This document shows, in pieces, positions 40,649-49,797 of a stretch of DNA of 64,000 bases (the first letter of the stretch is position 1; each line of letters starts with the position of its first letter). The notes beneath the pieces are model-generated. The model saw nothing but the letters and a program-made list of their open reading frames with translations. It had not been told where the DNA came from and made no database searches. This DNA comes from Lentisphaerae bacterium GWF2_38_69 (GTDB lineage: Bacteria > Verrucomicrobiota > Lentisphaeria > Victivallales > GWF2-38-69): the NCBI GenBank assembly GCA_001803205.1, contig MHBE01000035.1, positions 12,650 through 76,649 of the forward strand, given 5' to 3'. A program made the translations under genes and the position numbers.

Positions 40649-40729
40649 TCTTTTTTTTACAAATATCTTCCTGTAATTCTGCGAATAACCGTTTCTCTTA
40701 TTTATCTATCAGTCACCGCTTTCGTCAAA

Positions 40730-41206
40730 TCAAATGTCTGATGAAAATACGATTATATCATCTCTTTTCGCCCATCCTTCATGAGCCCAAAAATCTTCTC
40801 CTGAAACATTCGTATTCAGAACAAACAGATGGCATTTTTCTATTCCATAATTTCTCAATCCCTCTATAGATTTTTTAATAAGTTCTCTGGCAATAGCTTT
40901 TTTTCTAAATTCTTTATCTACAGCCAGGTGATAAATATAGCCTCTGCGTCCGTCATGTCCGGCAAGAACAGTTCCAATTAAATTTCCATCATTTATGCAA
41001 ACAAAACTCAAGCGTTCATTTCTCTCTAGGAATCTATTGATATTCTCTCTGGAATCGGCCAGGCTCAATGCCATTCCTTCAGTTCTCTGCCAAAGCTCAA
41101 ACGCTTTTAAATAATCTTCTATAAGCATTTCCCTAAAGATAAAATCTGTCATATTACTTTTCCTGATATTCATATAACGATCCTTTGCGTAAAATCTGCA
41201 TATCAT
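40730..41206 (-). CDS. GNAT family N-acetyltransferase
   Basis: GHDGRRGYIYHLAVDKEFRKKAIA motif; true start probably downstream of 41206. Confidence 0.9.
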   Translation of the reverse strand: MICRFYAKDRYMNIRKSNMTDFIFREMLIEDYLKAFELWQRTEGMALSLADSRENINRFLERNERLSFVCINDGNLIGTVLAGHDGRRGYIYHLAVDKEFRKKAIARELIKKSIEGLRNYGIEKCHLFVLNTNVSGEDFWAHEGWAKRDDIIVFSSDI

Positions 41207-41281
41207 ATCTCCATGTCAGTTAATATTTAATTCCATCACTTTCGTGGATCAAGCTATTTTAAAAATCCAACAATTATATTT

Positions 41282-41369
41282 TAGCCATGGGGTGAGCCTG
41301 TGGTTAAAGATATAGCTACACATTGAAGTTCTCTCGCAGGAAATCCCCTGTATGAGAGCAACGACATAT
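41282..41369 (-). repeat. Dispersed ~88-bp palindromic repeat, homologous to 57090-57177
   Basis: Reverse complement aligns with 57090-57177 (TGTCG..GCTC..CAGGG..TT.CCTG.GAGAGA.CTT ... AACCAC.GGCT...CCC.TGGCTA). Confidence 0.7.
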
Positions 41370-41496
41370 TATAAGACATATAACTATTTAAAATAAAACT
41401 TGCCATCTCACAAAATATATTATTTAAGGCTCCTTTTTCTTTGGCATGCAGGTTATCCTTAATCCACAGAATCAGTTAATCTTAAAGGTAAATAAC

Positions 41497-42642
41497 ATGA
41501 AAAGCATCCTTTTTGAAAAAGTCAGAATTGGAAAAACTGTTTTAAAAAACAGAATCTTTATGTCCGCTGCTGCTTCATATAACGGAACTACTGAAGGAGA
41601 CATTGACTATAGCGATCCAATTCTGCACTTTGATATATCCAATGGTGGTTGCGCCTTGATCCCTACAGGAGGAGTAAGCGGAATTCATCCAAGAGGTAGA
41701 AGCAATGCAACCAGACCCATGCTGAATTCTGATGAACGGATACCTTCATTTAAAAAATTTGCCGACAAGATCCATAAAGGCGGAGCTTTGGCCATACTTC
41801 AGATGACTCATGGGGGTGCCTGTGCTGCAGCTTATCAGTTCTCTATCGGCAACAGGCCTTTAAGTCCTTCGTTCTACATGAAAAATCAAAAAAAAGGTTT
41901 CAAAAAAGAAAACATCGAAAATTGCCAGGCTTCCGAGCAAGAAATTTTTGAGTTGATTTCAGCTTTCGGCGATGCGGCTGTAAGAGCAAAAAAAGCTAAC
42001 TTTGACGGAATACAGATCCATGCCGCACATGACTCACTGCTATCCCAGTGGTTTTCAACTTTATACAATTTGCGCACTGATTCCTGGGGAGGCAATGTAA
42101 AAAACCGCTGCAGACTGCACTGCGAAATTCTGAAAGAGATCAAGAATAAAACAGGTAATGAATTCCTGACAGTGCTCAAACTCGGCATAGAAGATTCTTT
42201 GCCAGGCGGAACGAAAGCTGAAGAGGGAATAGAAGCCTCAGCAATTATCGCATCACAGGGCAATACGGATATCATAGAAATAAGCCAGGGTTTACAGGAT
42301 ATAACTGATATGAATAGTACCTCTATGAAACCAAACATCAATTCTTTAGACAAAGAAGCATATTATCGAGACTGGACTAAAAGAGTAAAATCAAGGATCA
42401 AGCATAATGCCCTTGTTGTAATGCAGGGCGGTTTGAGAACTCCATCTTTAATGGAAGAAATAATAGAAAACGGCGAAGCTGATTTTGTTTCCATGTGCCG
42501 CCCGTATATAAGGGAACCGGGCATAGTCAATAGGTGGATAAGCGGAAACATGTCAAAAGCTGCATGCACTTCCTGCAATCAGTGTGCCTTCAATCATGTG
42601 TTTAAAGGCATGAGGCTAAAATGCATTTTTAATAAAGACTGA
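41497..42642 (+). CDS. NADH:flavin oxidoreductase (Old Yellow Enzyme family)
   Basis: LKNRIFMS, QMTHGG, FDGIQIHAAH, RTDSWGG, SMCRPYIREP, C-terminal CTSCNQC. Confidence 0.9.
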   Translation: MKSILFEKVRIGKTVLKNRIFMSAAASYNGTTEGDIDYSDPILHFDISNGGCALIPTGGVSGIHPRGRSNATRPMLNSDERIPSFKKFADKIHKGGALAILQMTHGGACAAAYQFSIGNRPLSPSFYMKNQKKGFKKENIENCQASEQEIFELISAFGDAAVRAKKANFDGIQIHAAHDSLLSQWFSTLYNLRTDSWGGNVKNRCRLHCEILKEIKNKTGNEFLTVLKLGIEDSLPGGTKAEEGIEASAIIASQGNTDIIEISQGLQDITDMNSTSMKPNINSLDKEAYYRDWTKRVKSRIKHNALVVMQGGLRTPSLMEEIIENGEADFVSMCRPYIREPGIVNRWISGNMSKAACTSCNQCAFNHVFKGMRLKCIFNKD

Positions 42643-42820
42643 ACTTATCAACTGCCAATAGCTATTGATGCGCTTTGAAATTATAGATCGGTTTGAGCGT
42701 ATCAATTTTTTCATCTTTTCTATTCATAACTTGTTGGAAAATAGCATCTCTATTGAAATTATCTTTCATAGTACTAAAATGGATCTAACGATATAATCCG
42801 CAAGGAAAGGGGAGGCGATA

Positions 42821-43717
42821 ATGAGAAATGTAGTAAGGGTTCTATTCTTTTTAATTCTGACATTTTACTGTGTCTTATCTTATTCCGAACAGGTAAATGT
42901 CTATGTTCTGAACACAGGAGACATACATGAATCTTCGAAATATCTAAAAAAAATAAAATCTTATGTAGATATAACGAGAACCAACCATCCTGGTTGTGTG
43001 ATTTTGCTCGATGCAGGAGACATGCTTACCCAATTCCCTTTTTCAAAATATGTTTCACCACAGGATCGTAAAACCCGTGACTTGGCATCAACTACGCCAA
43101 AGGGTGAAAAGATGCTCGAATGGGCATCAACAATGAAATATGACGCCATACTCATAGGAAATCATGATATGATTGCTGGAGCAAATATTCTGCAGAAGCT
43201 CCTGAACAGATATAACCTTCCTTTAATAGCCGCTAACCTTAGCCATCCCAGCCTGTACCTTTCTAGATACAAAATAGTGCAATTAAACTTTCGTCTTAAA
43301 ACAGGCAAAGCTGTTTCTATCAGGGTCGGAATAATAGGAATATCCGATCAAGACCAGAAGGATTATCATTTCCCGAATAAAGCCGATAAGGAAAAATTAA
43401 AAACTTATCCTGTTTACAATCCAACCATAAATAAGATAATAGATGAAGTTGCTAAACAATCAGACTTTATTATTCTCTTGAGCCATAACTGGGATAATGT
43501 TGACAGAGACTCTGTTTCAGCTCTGAAGAGTAACAAAATATGCGCAATCATCGGCGGGCACTCTCATAAACTTCTAAATGAAAAGGACAATGGAAAAACC
43601 CTAATCAAATCCGGTGTCCACGGAAGCAATGTCGGCTGCACAAAAATAACATGGGATAGCGATGCACATAAAGTATTAACGGTAACTGCCGAGAATAAAC
43701 CGATGAAGGAGGAATAA
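42821..43717 (+). CDS. Secreted metallophosphoesterase (5'-nucleotidase N-terminal domain only)
   Basis: Signal peptide; DIHE, DAGD, GNHD, LSH, GGHSH motifs; no C-terminal 5'-NT domain. Confidence 0.8.
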   Translation: MRNVVRVLFFLILTFYCVLSYSEQVNVYVLNTGDIHESSKYLKKIKSYVDITRTNHPGCVILLDAGDMLTQFPFSKYVSPQDRKTRDLASTTPKGEKMLEWASTMKYDAILIGNHDMIAGANILQKLLNRYNLPLIAANLSHPSLYLSRYKIVQLNFRLKTGKAVSIRVGIIGISDQDQKDYHFPNKADKEKLKTYPVYNPTINKIIDEVAKQSDFIILLSHNWDNVDRDSVSALKSNKICAIIGGHSHKLLNEKDNGKTLIKSGVHGSNVGCTKITWDSDAHKVLTVTAENKPMKEE

Positions 43718-44404
43718 ATGAAGAAATATTTACTTTTCATTTTTATATTATTAACTGGTTTTATAACTTCTGCTCTTGCCGATACATCAGAGCAAATCTA
43801 TTTTTTAGCCATGGATCTGCCGCAGGATACAGATCAAAGCATAGTAAATGACTGTCAGATAAAAATCAGGGAATTAATAAAGAAAAATGCGCCGGAATAT
43901 ACGGACAAAATTCTTTATCACACTCCTGACAATATCCATATCAGCCTCATACGATTTAACGAAATACATCCTGACGCTCTCTTGAGGAATTATATCCAGC
44001 TCTTCAAAAATGATGCCAGGTATCTTCCCGACAGAAACATCGCAAATAAAATAAGAGATGCAAGATTAAATGTAACTCATACTGGTTTTATCGTTTACGA
44101 ATTCCCTGAACCTGTTACTCTCACTAAATTTGTAAATATTCTTTTGAATGACCTTAAGAAAAATAAATTATATTATAAAGATTCTGACTTTAATGAAGGA
44201 GGAAAAATATACCCTCACTTCAGTGTAGGATATTTCAATCCAAACGAAGTCAGCGTTGATACAATGAAAGAGATACTTAAAGGCAAAGTCTCGGCGCCGA
44301 AATGCAACTCTTTTCGCCTTAATGAGTTTATTTTAATGCATTCTGAAAAGCTTACAAAACCTCTTACATACAGCAGAGTCTATACTTTTAAAAAACCTAA
44401 ATAA
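43718..44404 (+). CDS. Secreted 2H phosphoesterase-like protein
   Basis: Signal peptide; two HxS motifs (HISL, PHFSV) about 90 aa apart; YFLAMDLP N-terminal strand. Confidence 0.65.
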   Translation: MKKYLLFIFILLTGFITSALADTSEQIYFLAMDLPQDTDQSIVNDCQIKIRELIKKNAPEYTDKILYHTPDNIHISLIRFNEIHPDALLRNYIQLFKNDARYLPDRNIANKIRDARLNVTHTGFIVYEFPEPVTLTKFVNILLNDLKKNKLYYKDSDFNEGGKIYPHFSVGYFNPNEVSVDTMKEILKGKVSAPKCNSFRLNEFILMHSEKLTKPLTYSRVYTFKKPK

Positions 44405-44446
44405 CGGTTCTGGAGCCTTACAAACTTGTCAGAAAAATACTAAGAT

Positions 44447-45073
44447 ATGAAGCAAAAATCAAAAATACTGAACTTCTCTGAGGATTTTATAAGACTGGAG
44501 TATGTAGAAAGCGCGGAAACCTGCGTCCTAACTGAACAGACGATTGTTGTAAATCTGAGAGACAGGGACTCTAAAAATGATAGTAAACTATTAAAACCCT
44601 TCAAGTCAGCGGTATATTCCAACATAAAATTCAAAAATGTTGAAAACTTGCTTTTCATCACCTTAAAAACCGAATTGTTCTCCAATAAAGGTTTTCCTTT
44701 CTCAAAAGAAATCATGAGTTCATGGAAGCAGGTATATGAAGTTTTCCCTGTTCCAAGTCTTAAGAATATAAAACTCTGGAGGTCGGAGAAAGAAAGGATA
44801 GGAAAGATCGAACTTAATTTGTGGTTTGCATCTGCCGGAACAAACTGCGGAATCCACAACGAACATGATTTCAGTGAAATACATGCACAGATATTCGGTC
44901 TGGGCCGGATTCAGATATTTCATAATAAAGAGTTTTCTTCATTGCATCAGGAGATTTATCTGGGTCCGGGATATACACATGATCCCCTTTGCAGTGAAAC
45001 TAAAATTTATCCTTACCATCAATACTACGCCGACACCGACTGCCTCTGGCTCGCTATAGAAATCTATGACTAG
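44447..45073 (+). CDS. Hypothetical protein with cupin-like C-terminus
   Basis: CGIHNEHDFSEIHAQI.G.G and YPYHQY metal-binding-like motifs. Confidence 0.55.
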   Translation: MKQKSKILNFSEDFIRLEYVESAETCVLTEQTIVVNLRDRDSKNDSKLLKPFKSAVYSNIKFKNVENLLFITLKTELFSNKGFPFSKEIMSSWKQVYEVFPVPSLKNIKLWRSEKERIGKIELNLWFASAGTNCGIHNEHDFSEIHAQIFGLGRIQIFHNKEFSSLHQEIYLGPGYTHDPLCSETKIYPYHQYYADTDCLWLAIEIYD

Positions 45074-45169
45074 CCAGCGTTAAACCAAAATCCTACAGCC
45101 AATTCGGATAAAAAACATTTTATCATCTTGATATTACATTATAAAGCCGTTATATAGTCTACGAACTCT

Positions 45170-45295
45170 CAGTTGCTTTAATATGGGTAAGACCTGTGAG
45201 AATCAGGCACAGTCGCGCTACGGTATTGAAAACTCTCGTTTCTCTAAGTCCGAAAACCATAAGTAACTGTGTTTTGTCGCGTTAACAAAAAGGAG
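45170..45295 (+). promoter_or_regulatory. Cobalamin-type riboswitch (compact variant)
   Basis: CAGTTGCTT/AAGTAACTG closing stem; GGGTAA; CCTG-TGAGAAT-CAGG hairpin; ACAGTCGCGCTACGGTA; B12-box-like AAGTCCGAAAACC; downstream GTCGCG-containing hairpin next to AAGGAG. Confidence 0.65.
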
Positions 45296-45300
45296 AAACT

Positions 45301-45405
45301 ATGACAAAAGCACACTTCCATCTTATCCCGTCACTATTTTCATGTTTGAAACTCACTGCTCTATTCAGTGCTACAACCAACAGCAATAGGAGTGGTATTT
45401 TATGA
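45301..45405 (+). CDS. Putative 34-aa leader peptide (MTKAHFHLIPSLFSCLKLTALFSATTNSNRSGIL)
   Basis: AAGGAG RBS; its TGA overlaps the ATG of the next gene (ATGA). Confidence 0.4.
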   Translation: MTKAHFHLIPSLFSCLKLTALFSATTNSNRSGIL

Positions 45406-46601
45406 ATCGTAAAACTACTTATCTCTCAATGCTCTTTCTATTTTTACTGCCGGTATTTTCTTTTGCACAATTAAGAATCGGAATTATCGGAGACCAGACA
45501 GGTTCCACTGATTTAGCCAAGTCTTATACTGTTTTGAGTGAAGGCTGCCAGGCCATTGCAGCGGCTAATCCTGATATTGTGCTGCATGTGGGCGATATTG
45601 TTGAAAGCTCTCAGAGCGACAGTGACATTAAGGACTCTTTTGAGCAGGCTGTAAGTTATTTAAACGTTATGAACATTCCATGGTATATAACTGCCGGAGA
45701 CCATGATGTGAATCCTCCTAATGATTATACTCCCGGAACAAAAAACACAGAGAAAGCAGATTTATTCCTTAATCTCTTAAGAAAAGAATACTCAAAAAGA
45801 GCTTTATGTGTAATCCCGGAAAAGTTATATTACAGCTTTGATTATCATGGCTATCATTTCATATGCTTATACTCAGAAGATTATCTCAGAACTGATCCTC
45901 GCTGGGGAAATATTTTCATGGATAAAATCTCTGATGAACAATTCAGCTGGCTTGAAGAAGATTTGAATAACTCCGCGTCGGCTAAAGGCATAATTGTCCT
46001 GATTCATCAGCCAATGTGGTATAATATTACAGGATGGAAACGAGTTCATAATCTCCTCAGGAAACATCATGTGCTTGCAGTTATTGCCGGCCATTTTCAC
46101 TACAATCAGGACGAAGGATATACAGACTCAATTCGCTATATCGTTGTAGGTTCGACAGGCGGGACAATCAAAAACGCTTCTGAAAATGCCGGAGGCATAT
46201 ATCACGTGTCACTGCTAACACTAGATGACAATAATAATATTACCATACAATTAATCCCTCTGGAAAATTACAGTTACGATAAGTTTTCCGACAGAGAGAA
46301 TATGGACAGGATACAGGCAATAGATACAATGTTAGGCGGTATAGCATGGACGCCCAATGCCACGATTAAAGGCAATCCTATAGATATTCCCGTAAATATC
46401 TATTCTCTTGCTAAACTAGGTGGATGGCAATTATTGTATAAGAATGTCTCACCAGGTATTGGAGTGGCTATATCTAACTTATCGCTCGTAGAACTGAACA
46501 GCGACACCAATCGGCCTTCTGATCTGCAGGCAATGAAAGTCCAATTCATCAACGAACAAGGCCATACATTGTGGGACTCAATGATTTTTGGTTCAAATTA
46601 A
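45402..46601 (+). CDS. Secreted calcineurin-like metallophosphoesterase
   Basis: Signal peptide; GDQ, HVGDIV, AGDHD, IHQP, AGHFH motifs. Confidence 0.85.
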   Translation: MNRKTTYLSMLFLFLLPVFSFAQLRIGIIGDQTGSTDLAKSYTVLSEGCQAIAAANPDIVLHVGDIVESSQSDSDIKDSFEQAVSYLNVMNIPWYITAGDHDVNPPNDYTPGTKNTEKADLFLNLLRKEYSKRALCVIPEKLYYSFDYHGYHFICLYSEDYLRTDPRWGNIFMDKISDEQFSWLEEDLNNSASAKGIIVLIHQPMWYNITGWKRVHNLLRKHHVLAVIAGHFHYNQDEGYTDSIRYIVVGSTGGTIKNASENAGGIYHVSLLTLDDNNNITIQLIPLENYSYDKFSDRENMDRIQAIDTMLGGIAWTPNATIKGNPIDIPVNIYSLAKLGGWQLLYKNVSPGIGVAISNLSLVELNSDTNRPSDLQAMKVQFINEQGHTLWDSMIFGSN

Positions 46602-46737
46602 CTACTCAATGAGGGAAAATTCAAGTTCCTGCCGTATGATAGGAAACGAACCAGAGAAACAAGATCCAGCGCAGAGCGCTTTGACGACTTGATCGATCTT
46701 AATTTGAGAGAAAATAAACGCAGTTAGATAAGCAACT

Positions 46738-47349
46738 ATGCAATTTATAATTAAAAAGACAGATAAGAAAAATTTCTTCCAAACGGAAAACCTGACAAGA
46801 GAAGCATTCTGGAATATATACAGGCAGGGTTGTGTTGAACATCTGGTGCTGAATAAAATAAGGAAGAGTACAAGTTGTATACAGGAACTTGACCTAATGG
46901 CCGTAGATAAAGAAAAAATCATAGGACACTTGATATCAACCAAAGCAAAAGTCATTTTTTCTGAAAACAACGAAAAGGAAATATTATGCATGGGGCCTAT
47001 TTCCGTATCGCCTGATCTTCAGAAAAAAGGCATCGGTTCAAAGCTGATAGTTAGTTCGGTTTTGATCGCTAAAGAAATGGGTTATAAGGGCATGATACTT
47101 TTCGGAAATCCTGACTACTATCACCGTTTCGGTTTCAGGAATGCAAAAGAGTTTGAAATCACCACAAAAGACGGACAAAACTTCGAACCTTTTATGGCAT
47201 TGGAACTTGATGAAAACTCGTTGAGAGATATAAAAGGAAGATTCATTGAAGATGCTTCCTTTACAACTACGGAAGAAGAACTCGAAGAATTCGAAAAACT
47301 CTTTCCATATAAGAAGAAAGAAAAAACAGCCACGCAGTTCGAACATTAA
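46738..47349 (+). CDS. GNAT family N-acetyltransferase (YhbS-like)
   Basis: LTREAFWN, GPISVSPDLQKKGIGSKL, GNPDYYHRFGF. Confidence 0.9.
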   Translation: MQFIIKKTDKKNFFQTENLTREAFWNIYRQGCVEHLVLNKIRKSTSCIQELDLMAVDKEKIIGHLISTKAKVIFSENNEKEILCMGPISVSPDLQKKGIGSKLIVSSVLIAKEMGYKGMILFGNPDYYHRFGFRNAKEFEITTKDGQNFEPFMALELDENSLRDIKGRFIEDASFTTTEEELEEFEKLFPYKKKEKTATQFEH

Positions 47350-47372
47350 ATTAAGCTAAAAACATCTTTATA

Positions 47373-48140
47373 ATGACGAAGAACGCTTCAGACAGAAAAG
47401 ATAAGCAAACTAGGCTTATCCTCTCCATACCGTACAAAATCACTTCGGCAGACACCGATATGAATTTGCGTCTGAGGATGAGCGCCTTGTCCAACTTGCT
47501 TATACAATCTGCCATAAATTCCGCTGAGACTTTGCGAGCCGGATTTTTAGACCTTGAAAAACAAAACTTGTTCTGGGTGCTTAGCAGAATGACCATTGAG
47601 ATAGACAAACCTCTGGTCTGGAATGACTCTTTAGAAGTGGAAACTTGGCCCAAAGATGTAAAGAAGATTTTTTATCTGAGGGATTTTCTAGTTAGAAACA
47701 ATGAACAGAACATAGTTGCGAAAGCCACATCAGGATGGCTCGCGATCGATAAGTTAACAAAACGCCCGCAAACATTAAAACAAGAGTTATCAGATATCTT
47801 CAGCGAACTGAAAGACAGACACGCCATAAACGCCCTCCCCGAAAAGCTCTTTCCTGTAAAAGAAGGAGAAATTTCGGAACTGAAAACCACTTATTATGAC
47901 ATCGATCTGAACGGCCATGTAACATCAATTCGTTATATCGACTGGATGATGGACACATTTCCTGTTGAATTCCATAAGAACAATTATCCGAAGAAAGTGT
48001 CCATAAACTACCAGAACGAAACTAGGATTAATGAAACAGTTCAGATAACAAGAAATACAATAGACGGAAAGACTTTTTTATTCGAAGGAATAAATAGAAC
48101 CAGAAACCTTGCTTCATTTCACGGCAAGATCTTTTTTTAA
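47373..48140 (+). CDS. Acyl-ACP thioesterase
   Basis: WVLSRM, VETWP, DIDLNGHV...YIDW motifs. Confidence 0.88.
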   Translation: MTKNASDRKDKQTRLILSIPYKITSADTDMNLRLRMSALSNLLIQSAINSAETLRAGFLDLEKQNLFWVLSRMTIEIDKPLVWNDSLEVETWPKDVKKIFYLRDFLVRNNEQNIVAKATSGWLAIDKLTKRPQTLKQELSDIFSELKDRHAINALPEKLFPVKEGEISELKTTYYDIDLNGHVTSIRYIDWMMDTFPVEFHKNNYPKKVSINYQNETRINETVQITRNTIDGKTFLFEGINRTRNLASFHGKIFF

Positions 48141-48172
48141 TCATCCTGACAAGCATAGAAGAAGAGGAATAC

Positions 48173-49009
48173 ATGAAATTAAATGTACTGATAGACAACA
48201 ATACTTTGATAGACAGATATTTCCTTGGTGAGCCAGGTGTATCATATCTGATTCAGGACGAGGACAAACAGATATTATTCGATACAGGATATTCCAATAC
48301 CTTCATCACTAATGCCCGGAAGTTAAATTTAAATCTCATGCAAAGCGATTTTATAGTTCTTTCCCATGGACATATGGATCATACATGGGGACTTGACGGC
48401 CTTATCAAATTATATACAGAAGCAAAGATAGAATCTCTGCCTTACCAAAAGCCAACTCTGGTAACTCATCCTGAAACATTTCAAACAAAAACAGCAGATG
48501 GAATTGATATCGGCTGCATCCTTACAGAATCGATGCTGCATCAGCATTTTGAAATGAAGCTATCAAAGAAACCTTTCCATCTGACAGACAGACTGATTTT
48601 TCTTGGAGAGATAGAAAGATTAAATGATTTTGAAAACAAAGAACCAGTCGGAAAAGTCCATTTCAATAGCAAGACTGAAGATGATTTTTTACTTGACGAC
48701 TCGGCTTTAGCATATAAAGGGAAGAACGGGCTAGTAATCATCACCGGATGCTCTCACTCAGGAATATGCAACATTATTCAATACGCCAAAAAAGTCTGCA
48801 ATGAAGATAAAGTCATTGATGTGATAGGAGGTTTTCATCTGATGAAGCCTTCGAAAAAACAACTTAGCGGAACTCTCGATTATTTTAAAAAATTGAAAGC
48901 CAAAGAAATACACGCATGCCATTGCGTTGATCTTACTTCAAAAATCTCTCTCTCAAAAGCGGCAAATTTGAAAGATGTTGGAGTCGGATTATCACTGAAT
49001 TATAAATAG
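48173..49009 (+). CDS. Metallo-beta-lactamase fold hydrolase
   Basis: LFDTG, LSHGHMDHTWGL, ITGCSHSG, IGGFHL, ACHC. Confidence 0.88.
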   Translation: MKLNVLIDNNTLIDRYFLGEPGVSYLIQDEDKQILFDTGYSNTFITNARKLNLNLMQSDFIVLSHGHMDHTWGLDGLIKLYTEAKIESLPYQKPTLVTHPETFQTKTADGIDIGCILTESMLHQHFEMKLSKKPFHLTDRLIFLGEIERLNDFENKEPVGKVHFNSKTEDDFLLDDSALAYKGKNGLVIITGCSHSGICNIIQYAKKVCNEDKVIDVIGGFHLMKPSKKQLSGTLDYFKKLKAKEIHACHCVDLTSKISLSKAANLKDVGVGLSLNYK

Positions 49010-49012
49010 TCG

Positions 49013-49777
49013 TTAGAGATGCAGCCTGCCAATATAGACATCTGTCCGATATTCCATTCTCACCATTCCTCCTGTATTGTATATATCGAAAAGTTCTTTC
49101 AGTTTCGCGGTAACTTTTAATCTATCTTCAGTTCCTTCTTTTGGAGTATATGAAGAGGAGAAGAGTCTTCCTTTCAGGCCTTCGAAATTAAAAACCTGAA
49201 ATTGCGGAAAATGAGCGGTTTTCATATCCTTATCGCCAAGAAAACCTGCTACCAAGTCTGAAGAAATATTCTTATGGCTGACCTTGCAGTACTCAGGCAT
49301 TGAATGCAAAAGTTCTTCATAAGCTTCGAGGAAGGGTTTTCCTTTTGTCGCCCTGTCATTCCATACAAATAGAACCCATTTGGGTTGCTTTAATATGCGC
49401 CAAAATTCAATTTTAGCCTTGGGTTTATCAAACCAGTGAAACGCCTGAAAAGCTGTCACTATATCTATGGTTTTATCAGGCAAACATGTGCTCTCGGCAC
49501 ATCCGTTCACACAGTGGAATAACGGGTTGTCTTGAAGAGACTCCTTGGCTGCTTTTTGCATATCGGAATTCGGCTCAACTGCATAAACACTGCATTTGAA
49601 TCCGTCAAGGAGGAGTTTTGTTGATATTCCTGTTCCGGAGCCTATGTCAGCAATGCTCCAATTCTCTTTCACAGGGCAATTTTCTCTAATGAATTCTATC
49701 AAATCAGGAGGATAAGTAGGCCTGAACTTTTTGTAATCGTCAGCTCTGGCTGAAAATCTTGTTTTTGAATCTTCCAT
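49013..49777 (-). CDS. Class I SAM-dependent methyltransferase
   Basis: RFS..ADDYKKFRPTYP, ADIGSGTGIS, AVEPN, AFQAFHWFD. Confidence 0.9.
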   Translation of the reverse strand: MEDSKTRFSARADDYKKFRPTYPPDLIEFIRENCPVKENWSIADIGSGTGISTKLLLDGFKCSVYAVEPNSDMQKAAKESLQDNPLFHCVNGCAESTCLPDKTIDIVTAFQAFHWFDKPKAKIEFWRILKQPKWVLFVWNDRATKGKPFLEAYEELLHSMPEYCKVSHKNISSDLVAGFLGDKDMKTAHFPQFQVFNFEGLKGRLFSSSYTPKEGTEDRLKVTAKLKELFDIYNTGGMVRMEYRTDVYIGRLHL

Positions 49778-49797
49778 ACTTTTAAAAAATGAAAGTA

